This document shows positions 1 through 6,194 of a stretch of 8,905 bases of DNA, piece by piece. The DNA comes from Candidatus Iainarchaeum sp. (GTDB lineage Archaea > Iainarchaeota > Iainarchaeia > Iainarchaeales > CSSED10-239). The notes under the pieces were generated by a model. It searched no databases and was not told the DNA's origin. It saw nothing but the letters and a program-made list of their open reading frames with translations. The stretch spans positions 1 to 8,905 of the forward strand of contig JAQVRT010000030.1 of the NCBI GenBank assembly GCA_028700905.1. Direction: 5' to 3'. How positions within the stretch are numbered: the stretch's first letter is position 1; each line of letters begins with the position of its first letter. A program made the position numbers and the translations under genes.

Positions 1-1
1 G

Positions 2-487
2 ATTTCAAAAATTTATAAAAAAATTAGAAAAAATATTGAAGTAAATAAACCAAATGGAATAAATACAGATAATTACTTAACACATGGAGATTTAAATTCA
101 AAAAATATTATTGAAAATAATAAAAAAATTAATTTTATTGATTGGGAATATTTGAAAGTAGGTAATCCTATACTTGATATAGCAAAATTATCTCACTCTA
201 ATAAATTTAAAACATATGAAAAATTATTTCTTAAAGAATATATAAAAAATTTTAAACAAATAAAAAATATATCTAAAAAATATTTCTTTTTTAAAGATTT
301 ACAAGTATATTTTTGGCTTGTTACAAGTTCAGAATATTATTTTCATCTAATCTTTGAAGAAACTAAATATAATTTATATGATAGAAAGAAAATAATTAAA
401 GATATTTTAAAAAATTATAAATATCTTTATGATAAAGGATATACTGATAAAAAAATAGAACATTTTAGAAAGATATTAAAAATCTAA
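2..487 (+). CDS. APH/choline-kinase-like phosphotransferase, C-terminal part (5' end lies outside the window)
   Basis: The frame of the listed 152..487 ORF stays open back to nt 2. The extension reads ...[43 protein letters not shown]. It contains the HGDLxxxN catalytic loop (nt 83-106) and the IDWE metal-binding motif (nt 137-148) of the aminoglycoside/choline kinase fold. The TTG at 152 is therefore internal. TAA stop at 485-487. Confidence 0.8.
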   Translation: MSKIYKKIRKNIEVNKPNGINTDNYLTHGDLNSKNIIENNKKINFIDWEYLKVGNPILDIAKLSHSNKFKTYEKLFLKEYIKNFKQIKNISKKYFFFKDLQVYFWLVTSSEYYFHLIFEETKYNLYDRKKIIKDILKNYKYLYDKGYTDKKIEHFRKILKI

Positions 488-685
488 ATCTTCTTTACTA
501 AATATAAAAATATCATCTATTTTTTCTTTTAAAACTAAGGAGATCTTTTTTGCAAGCTTTAAAGAAGGATTATAAGATCCTTTCTCAATAAAGACAATTG
601 TTTCTCTTCTAACCCCTACCTTTAAAGCAAGGTCTTCTTGTGTTAAATTATATTTTTGTCTTAATTCTTTAATTATTGTTTTCAA
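476..685 (-). CDS. XRE-family (Cro/C1-type) helix-turn-helix transcriptional regulator, 69 aa
   Basis: [37 protein letters not shown] is a canonical HTH_3 pattern. The TTG start (685-683) directly abuts the TAG stop (688-686) of the upstream membrane-protein gene. It is preceded by GGTGAT (697-692) with a 6-nt spacer. The 3' end overlaps the convergent kinase gene by 12 nt. Confidence 0.85.
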   Translation of the reverse strand: MKTIIKELRQKYNLTQEDLALKVGVRRETIVFIEKGSYNPSLKLAKKISLVLKEKIDDIFIFSKEDLDF

Positions 686-1084
686 CTATACATCACCTTT
701 TTTCCAGAACCATTGTTGATAGAATATCATTGTAAAGATCATTACAACATATAATATACTTATAACACCCTCTACTGTTAAAATAATTAATTTAAAATAA
801 TCTATCCAAAAAATAATAAAAAGAGCTATTAAAGTATAAAACCAACTATATGCTGCCGCCCTATCTGCAATTTTTCTTGTAAGCTCATCTTTTGCAGGAC
901 CATTTTTATATTTAATCATTCTAACATAACTTACTATTATTAATACTAAACCAACAGATATTAACACACTTGAAAAACTTTCAGTTAATACATTTAAAGC
1001 AGTTAAAAGAATACCTAATAATAAAATAATAACACCAAATATTAAAGAAATTTTAAATTTTTTTGAATAATTTTTATTTTTCAT
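686..1084 (-). CDS. Small 4-TM membrane protein (DUF2178-like), co-translated with the XRE regulator
   Basis: 132 aa with four hydrophobic helices. The cytoplasmic loop KNGPAKDELTRKIADRAAAYSWF resembles the DE(R/L)xxxI..A motif I associate with the DUF2178 family, which is commonly paired with small HTH genes. That family assignment is from memory, not a search. Strong SD GGAGGA (1096-1091) lies 6 nt before the ATG at 1084. Confidence 0.75.
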   Translation of the reverse strand: MKNKNYSKKFKISLIFGVIILLLGILLTALNVLTESFSSVLISVGLVLIIVSYVRMIKYKNGPAKDELTRKIADRAAAYSWFYTLIALFIIFWIDYFKLIILTVEGVISILYVVMIFTMIFYQQWFWKKGDV

Positions 1085-1105
1085 AATTTTTCCTCCAATT
1101 GTACT

Positions 1106-1160
1106 TGTTAGATATATATAACACCGAAATGTTTTTAAATATGTTAGATATATATCACAT
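1106..1160 (-). promoter_or_regulatory. Duplicated 14-bp box (TGTTAGATATATAT on + strand), candidate promoter/operator of the membrane-protein/XRE operon
   Basis: There are exact 14-bp copies at 1106-1119 and 1142-1155, 36 bp apart. Copy 1 is also an inverted repeat, TGTTA-N8-TAACA (1106-1123). Both contain a TATATATA core that could be a TATA box or -10 element. They lie 22-76 nt upstream of the ATG at 1084, in the 102-bp gap after the ABC operon. Confidence 0.4.
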
Positions 1161-1186
1161 GTTAAAAAATTATTAAAAAATTAAAA

Positions 1187-1987
1187 TTACATTCTTACAT
1201 AAAGAAGATTTCCACTCTCATATTTTTTAAGTCCCTTATAAAAAACATAGATAGCAAGTAAAAATAAAGCTATTGAGAATAAGAAAAGTAAAATAAACCA
1301 AGTTACGTCAAAAGAATGCAATAACTGAACAGGAACAGCGGTTATAAAACCTGCTGGAAGAATAAATAAAGTTATAAATTTTGTAGCTCCTGTAAAGATT
1401 GAACCAGGGTAAAGAGATATAGATATAAGTGATTCATAAAGAGTTGAACCAAAGCTCTCTGATGACTGAAGATAAAAAGATAAACTACCTACAAGTATAC
1501 CAAAACCAATTAATATTAATACACCAGGAATTATCATTAATAGTATTAAAGGAACCTTTGTAACTGAAACCATAAATAAAAGTAATAAAATTCCAAATAA
1601 AAGATCTCCTAAATCAAACCAACTATTCTTAGATATTAATATATGTGTTAAATCTTTTTTTGGAAGTGTTAAATAAAAATCTAATTTACCTTTAACAACA
1701 AGTTCTGCAATTTCTTTATGATTTCCAAAAAAATAACCTGCAATACCAAAAGAAATTGTTGCAAAAACATAAATGTATATTAGATCTTGAAAAACCCAAC
1801 CGTTGATATCTCCAAGCTTATAATATATAAGATACCAAAAAAATAACCAAATAACATCATTTAAAAACATGAAAAAAGTGGATAGCAAAAAGTTTGCCCT
1901 GTATTCTATGGCTGACTTTAAGAAAATCTTTTGATATTCTACAAATAATTTAAAATTTGAAATGATTTCTTTAACCGCCATTAACAC
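1187..1987 (-). CDS. ABC-2 family transporter permease (COG3694/COG4587-type, ABC2_membrane_6-like)
   Basis: Polytopic membrane protein (about 6 TM) with the N-terminal ...AIEYRANFLLS... typical of this permease family. It is the third gene of a tightly overlapping operon. The track start is GTG at 1987. The ATG at 1981 (MAVKEII...) is the more likely start and gives an 11-nt overlap with the upstream permease. Confidence 0.8.
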   Translation of the reverse strand: MLMAVKEIISNFKLFVEYQKIFLKSAIEYRANFLLSTFFMFLNDVIWLFFWYLIYYKLGDINGWVFQDLIYIYVFATISFGIAGYFFGNHKEIAELVVKGKLDFYLTLPKKDLTHILISKNSWFDLGDLLFGILLLLFMVSVTKVPLILLMIIPGVLILIGFGILVGSLSFYLQSSESFGSTLYESLISISLYPGSIFTGATKFITLFILPAGFITAVPVQLLHSFDVTWFILLFLFSIALFLLAIYVFYKGLKKYESGNLLYVRM

Positions 1988-2771
1988 TCACTTTTTTAAT
2001 TATATATTTATATAAGAAAAATAAAATTATTATAAAGAAACCTATCCATAGAAGCTGAACAATAAAAATTTCTAAAAAAGTTTTAAAACTAAAAATTAAA
2101 ACTAATTTTGAAGGATGATATGCAGAATAACTAAAAGGTAAGAATGCTGCAATTTTTTCAACTAAAGGAGGATAAACTTCTAAAGGAACAATCATTCCAC
2201 CAAAAATAAAAGTAAATTTTGAATAAATATAATTTAAAGAACTAGAATCTTCAATCCAAAAAGCAAAAAGGCTTATAACAGATGCAATAACTAAATTAAG
2301 CAGCATAGCAAGTAAAGCTACAATTAATAAAAAAGGAACTGATACTAAAGATATTTTAATTCCTCCAACCATAAGATAAGCTACAATTCCTCCAAAAAAA
2401 AGTACTAACATAAAATTTATTAATCCTTTTCCAAAAGAGACAAATATTTTGTAAACTATATAGTTGTATGGCTTTGTTAAATAATTTGCAATCTCTCCAC
2501 TCTTAATATCATCTCCAACTTCTTTTACAAATCTTCCAATAGATGTAACTAAAGCTTCTCCAAAAACTAAATACCACACCATCATAGAAAGAGTAAACCC
2601 AGGTATTACTTCTCCTTTTGATGCAAAAACAACAGTCCAAAGATTTGCAAAAACAAATATAATTAAAGCTATAAATATAACTTTTCCAAATATTATGTCC
2701 CAGATATATGTCAAACTTTCTTTTATATTAATAAAAGAAATAGACAAATATTTATTTAATTGAGAATTCAT
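1971..2771 (-). CDS. ABC-2 family transporter permease (second, paralogous membrane subunit)
   Basis: 266-aa polytopic membrane protein. Its start overlaps the ATPase stop in an ATGA (2771-2768). Its size and hydropathy are the same as the downstream permease. Confidence 0.8.
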   Translation of the reverse strand: MNSQLNKYLSISFINIKESLTYIWDIIFGKVIFIALIIFVFANLWTVVFASKGEVIPGFTLSMMVWYLVFGEALVTSIGRFVKEVGDDIKSGEIANYLTKPYNYIVYKIFVSFGKGLINFMLVLFFGGIVAYLMVGGIKISLVSVPFLLIVALLAMLLNLVIASVISLFAFWIEDSSSLNYIYSKFTFIFGGMIVPLEVYPPLVEKIAAFLPFSYSAYHPSKLVLIFSFKTFLEIFIVQLLWIGFFIIILFFLYKYIIKKVSVNGG

Positions 2772-3763
2772 CTTTGATCTCTGTATATCTCTTCAATAAC
2801 ATCTTCAATAGGCATCTCATTTATACCTATATCTGTTATCTTATATTTAGTAAATAAAAAATCAATAACTTTATTTAAAGGAAATTTTTTAGTATTAATT
2901 TCAAATTCAATATAGTATTTTGATTTTTTAATAACTATTAAATCTTTAAAATCTTTTAAATCTATTTTATCTTCAGTTGTAATCTTTAATAACTTTTTTG
3001 AAAGATATTTTTGTTTAATATTTTTAAAATCACCATCATAAACAATCTGACCATGATTAATGATTACAAGCCTTGTTGATATATTCTCAATATCCCCTAT
3101 ATCATGGCTGGTTAAGATAATTGTTGTTTTTTCTTTTTCATTTATCTTTTTAATCAATTCTCTCATTGTCTTTTTAACAATAATGTCCATACCAATAGTT
3201 GGTTCATCTAAAAATAAAATCTTAGGATTATGAAGTAAAGCTAAAACAAACTCACATCTCATCCTCTGACCTAAAGATAATTTTCTTACAGGCTGATTTA
3301 TAATGTCAGATATTTCAAAAAGATTTATTAAATTTTTAAGTCTTTCTTGATATATTTTTTTATCTAAATCATATATCTTTGCAAAAAGATTAAAACTATC
3401 TATTGGAGGAAGATGAAACCATAACTGTGGTTTCTGTCCAAAAATAGTTCCAATATCATAAGAAAGTTCTTTTCTTTTTTTTGAAGGATCTTTACCTAAA
3501 ATCTTTATTTTTCCAGAATCAGGAAAAAGAATACCTGAAAGCATCTTTAAAGTAGTTGACTTTCCAGCACCATTAGGTCCAATAAATGATACAAGTTCTC
3601 CTTCTTTAATATCTAAATAAATATTATCAACAGCTTTTATATATTTATAATCTGGAGAAAAAATATTTTTAAAAATACCACTCATGCCAGGTTTTGTAAC
3701 TTTTGTTTTAAATGTTTTTTTTAGCCCTTTAATAGAAATTATTTTTTTTTCTTCTTTTTTCAT
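2768..3763 (-). CDS. ABC transporter ATP-binding protein (COG4586-type, with C-terminal extension)
   Basis: Walker A GPNGAGKST (aa 62-70), Q-loop, signature LSLGQ (aa 162-166), Walker B ILFLDEPT (aa 182-189) and H-loop TSHD (aa 218-221). About 100 aa of extra C-terminal domain. No SD is visible upstream of the ATG at 3763. Confidence 0.93.
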   Translation of the reverse strand: MKKEEKKIISIKGLKKTFKTKVTKPGMSGIFKNIFSPDYKYIKAVDNIYLDIKEGELVSFIGPNGAGKSTTLKMLSGILFPDSGKIKILGKDPSKKRKELSYDIGTIFGQKPQLWFHLPPIDSFNLFAKIYDLDKKIYQERLKNLINLFEISDIINQPVRKLSLGQRMRCEFVLALLHNPKILFLDEPTIGMDIIVKKTMRELIKKINEKEKTTIILTSHDIGDIENISTRLVIINHGQIVYDGDFKNIKQKYLSKKLLKITTEDKIDLKDFKDLIVIKKSKYYIEFEINTKKFPLNKVIDFLFTKYKITDIGINEMPIEDVIEEIYRDQR

Positions 3764-3879
3764 AATTAATCAAAATAAAATATAAGTATTTTTAAAAAAT
3801 ATATTAAATAAATGTGTTTTTAAACGTATTCTTTAAATATATATGTGTTATTTTTAAAATTATAAGGAGGTTTTTAAAA

Positions 3880-4569
3880 ATGGTTAGCACACTTGTTGAA
3901 GTTGGGCAAGCTACATTAAACCCATTAGAAGCAATTTGGCAATCAATTGTTCAAAATATTCCTGGAATAATTGGAGCATTGGTTGTAATAATTATAGGTT
4001 ATCTAATAGGACTTTTAGTTGCTCACATAGTTTACAAAGTTATAACTAAATGGAAAATTGATAACTGGGTTAAAAAGAATGATTTTTCAAACGTATTATT
4101 ACACATTAAACTTTCAAAAATTATTAAACAATTAATTTTATGGGGTATATTCATTGTATTTTTAGCTCCAGCTGCAAGTTTAATAAAAATAAACGTTTTA
4201 ACAGATCTATTAACTAAATTTGCAATGTGGATACCACATTTAATATTTGCAATAATACTTACAATTGTAGGACTTGTTCTTTCAGAAATCGTTGCAAGAA
4301 ATATAAACGTTTCAAAAGATCATAAGTTTTCAAAAATAGTATCAGAAGTTGTACAAGCTATAATTATAATATTAATTTTAAATATAGCTTTAAGACAAAT
4401 AGGGGTACAAATACAATTTATTGAAGCTATACTTCTAATAATATTAGGAGGAGTAGTTTTAGCTTTCGCTATTGCAATTGGTATAGGTTTAAGTGGATCT
4501 GTTAAAAATTATTCCAGTAAACTTATGGAAACCTATATTTCAAAAAGAAAAGAAGTTAAAAAGAAGTAA
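3880..4569 (+). CDS. Membrane protein made of 'conserved TM helix' repeats (MscS-N-terminal-like, PF05552-type), 229 aa
   Basis: There are repeated helix units: IWQSIVQNIPGIIGALVVIIIGYLIGLLVA and LLTKFAMWIPHLIFAIILTIVGLVLSEIVA, plus two further helices and a basic tail. I place the start at ATG 3880, which has AAGGAGG (3864-3870) 9 nt upstream, rather than at the track's GTG at 3814. No MscS beta/channel domain is present. Confidence 0.75.
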   Translation: MVSTLVEVGQATLNPLEAIWQSIVQNIPGIIGALVVIIIGYLIGLLVAHIVYKVITKWKIDNWVKKNDFSNVLLHIKLSKIIKQLILWGIFIVFLAPAASLIKINVLTDLLTKFAMWIPHLIFAIILTIVGLVLSEIVARNINVSKDHKFSKIVSEVVQAIIIILILNIALRQIGVQIQFIEAILLIILGGVVLAFAIAIGIGLSGSVKNYSSKLMETYISKRKEVKKK

Positions 4570-4590
4570 TTTCTTACTTCTTTCTTTTTT
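4560..4590. terminator. Bidirectional hairpin between convergent genes (10-bp stem, UUUC loop, flanked by A-run and T-run)
   Basis: 4560-4569 (AAAGAAGTAA) pairs perfectly with 4574-4583 (TTACTTCTTT), with loop 4570-4573. A T-rich tract lies downstream (4584-4600) and an A-rich tract upstream. Both stop codons (TAA 4567-4569 on +, TAA 4576-4574 on -) sit in the stem. The stem has only 2 G:C pairs, so it is weak. Confidence 0.35.
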
Positions 4591-4900
4591 CTATTTTTTT
4601 ATTAAGAATTGTAAATCTCTTATAGAAATAAAATTCTGCAACTATTCCTATAGAATACAAGAATGTTCCAACACCTAAAAGAGTGTATATTGAAGTTAAT
4701 ATTTTACTTAAATTATGAGTTGGCACTAAATCTCCATACCCAACAGTTGTTAAAGTAGCTGTAGAGAAATAAAAAGAATCTACAAAAGACCATTCTTCAA
4801 TACTACTAAAAAGTAAAGTACCAATTAAAAGAAGAACAAAAATAAAAGTTAGAGCAAAATATAATCTGCTCTTAGTTATTTTTAATTGATGTTAAAACAT
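4574..4900 (-). pseudogene. Minimal 2-TM potassium channel (pore-only, Ion_trans_2-type) with in-frame TAA at codon 3; not in the ORF track
   Basis: Manual minus-strand translation gives ATG(4900-4898) TTT TAA(4894-4892), then 105 stop-free codons: HQLKITKSRLYFALTFIFVLLLIGTLLFSSIEEWSFVDSFYFSTATLTTVGYGDLVPTHNLSKILTSIYTLLGVGTFLYSIGIVAEFYFYKRFTILNKKIEKRKK, ending at stop 4576-4574. This is TM1, a pore helix, a TTVGYGD filter (4750-4730) and TM2. SD-like GTGAT (4910-4906) lies 5 nt before the ATG. There is no ATG/GTG/TTG between the TAA and TM1. The call as a channel is confident, but its status (pseudogene, sequencing error or read-through) is open. Confidence 0.75.
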
Positions 4901-4911
4901 AAAATATCACT

Positions 4912-6162
4912 TTATTTTTTTCCTTTTTTATCTTTTTTCTTAGAAGATATATAATAAATTAAACCAGCTAATAATATTAGAATTATTAAAATAGGAATCA
5001 ATAAATTAGTTTTATCTTTATCTTCTGAAACGACTTTTAAAATAATTGAATCATCATCAATAAATACTGTATCTTCTGATATAGATCTAATTTCTACATT
5101 TAATTTATATTCTTTTAAATTTGCATTAGGATCAATATCTATAGATATTACAGCTTCACCTTCTTGTAAAGATTCTAAATTACCTATAAAATCTGATTTT
5201 TCAACTAAATCAAAAGGATGAGAAGAATCTTTTAAAACTCTTAAAGAAACTGATTCTGCATCTTTATCTCCAAAATTTTTAACATTAACTTTAATGTCAA
5301 CTGTTTGTCCAGGAAATATAGTATTTGTTTCATTTAAAATTTCTTGACCTATAACTTTAAGATAAGGTTTTGCTTTAACAGGAATTTCTAAAATCATATC
5401 TTTTTCTTTTAATTCTTTATCAGAATCGCTTTCTTCAATATATTTTACTTTAACCTTAGCTTGATATATTCCTGATTTAATTTCATCATCAATATCAAGA
5501 TATATTGATCCAGTTTTATTTTGAGAAGCATCAATATTCCCTAAATTAATTCTATCTGAATATGCATATGTAGGATTAAAACCTTCTGGAAGACTTATTT
5601 CTAAAATAACATTTTCAGCATCTCCTTTTCCAATATTTAATAAATCTACATCAATTTTTGCTTCTTCTTGACCACTTAAAAGTTTTCTAGGAGTTGTTAA
5701 TAAATTTCCAAATACAAAATTAGGGACTTCTTTATTATCAACTCTAATATTAAATTTTTCAACATTCCATACATCTATATCATTATATTTATATCTTAAT
5801 GAAATTTCATAATCTCCTTCTAAAGCTAAAGAATCAACTAAAACTTTATAGTAAAGAGTATAATACCAATCTTCTCCTGATTGACCTTTCCATAAAGAAA
5901 TATTTCTATCAGGAGTATCTGATAAATCAAATGATAAAGGATGTTCAACATCTAAATAAAATTGAATATTTTCTGCAGAATTATTACCTGTTTTATAAAC
6001 ATTAAATCTTAGTTCTAAGTATTCTCCAGGAATTGCAGGATCTGGATCTTGATTTTGCAAATTTGCAGATAATTTAACAGTATCTAAATTATTTGCATAA
6101 ATTGGTTTTATTAATATCATTGTTAATAAAACCAAAACTAAAAATATATATTTTTTATTCAT
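4912..6162 (-). CDS. Secreted, C-terminally membrane-anchored surface protein with three CARDB-like (COG1361 'S-layer domain'-type) beta-sandwich repeats
   Basis: Sec signal peptide MNKKYIFLVLVLLTMILIKPIYA|NN. Three repeats of about 115 aa have the cores PGEYLELRFNVYKTGNNSAENIQFYL, SGQEEAKIDVDLLNIGKGDAENVILEISL and PGQTVDIKVNVKNFGDKDAESVSLRVL (roughly nt 5737-6084, 5374-5736 and 5029-5373). A C-terminal TM helix LLIPILIILILLAGLIYYI is followed by a Lys-rich tail. SD AGGTG (6176-6172) lies 9 nt before the ATG. Confidence 0.85.
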   Translation of the reverse strand: MNKKYIFLVLVLLTMILIKPIYANNLDTVKLSANLQNQDPDPAIPGEYLELRFNVYKTGNNSAENIQFYLDVEHPLSFDLSDTPDRNISLWKGQSGEDWYYTLYYKVLVDSLALEGDYEISLRYKYNDIDVWNVEKFNIRVDNKEVPNFVFGNLLTTPRKLLSGQEEAKIDVDLLNIGKGDAENVILEISLPEGFNPTYAYSDRINLGNIDASQNKTGSIYLDIDDEIKSGIYQAKVKVKYIEESDSDKELKEKDMILEIPVKAKPYLKVIGQEILNETNTIFPGQTVDIKVNVKNFGDKDAESVSLRVLKDSSHPFDLVEKSDFIGNLESLQEGEAVISIDIDPNANLKEYKLNVEIRSISEDTVFIDDDSIILKVVSEDKDKTNLLIPILIILILLAGLIYYISSKKKDKKGKK

Positions 6163-6194
6163 ACTTAATCACACCTTTTTTTTTAAAAAATATT

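Noticed and set aside
152-154. TTG at 152 as the start of a 111-aa protein
   Set aside because: The frame is open to the window edge, and the upstream part contains the kinase catalytic motifs HGDLxxxN and IDWE. The TTG is an internal Leu codon.
476-487. 12-nt convergent overlap of the kinase and HTH 3' ends as a regulatory antisense feature
   Set aside because: Short tail-to-tail overlaps are common in compact AT-rich genomes. There is no structure or conservation evidence visible here.
476-1084. Membrane protein plus XRE pair as a toxin-antitoxin or defence module
   Set aside because: The partner is a 4-TM protein with no nuclease, kinase or toxin-like motif. The order (membrane protein first, HTH second) and the coupling fit a sensor/regulator pair better. 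No other defence hallmarks are nearby.
3814-3879. 22-aa N-terminal extension of the TM-helix protein from GTG 3814
   Set aside because: A strong AAGGAGG at 3864-3870 sits 9 nt before ATG 3880. The extension would place that SD inside the coding region, and it lies in what looks like the divergent promoter region.
4493-4678. Listed + strand ORF of 61 aa (MDLLKIIPVNLW...)
   Set aside because: It overlaps the 3' end of the TM-helix gene in another frame and then runs antisense to the K+ channel C-terminus. It has no SD and a low-complexity sequence. The minus-strand reading with the GYGD filter explains this DNA far better.
4892-4894. TAA in the channel gene (or TGA elsewhere) as evidence of an alternative genetic code
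   Set aside because: TAA terminates most ORFs in the window: kinase, HTH, both ABC permeases, TM-helix and CARDB. TGA terminates the ABC ATPase and both RND halves, and TAG ends the membrane protein. All long ORFs are intact under the standard code, so global reassignment is not supported.
5799-6005. Listed + strand ORF of 68 aa inside the CARDB gene
   Set aside because: It is an antisense shadow ORF wholly within a well-supported 416-aa gene. It is Lys/Leu/Tyr-rich, as expected from AT-rich antisense sequence, and has no RBS.
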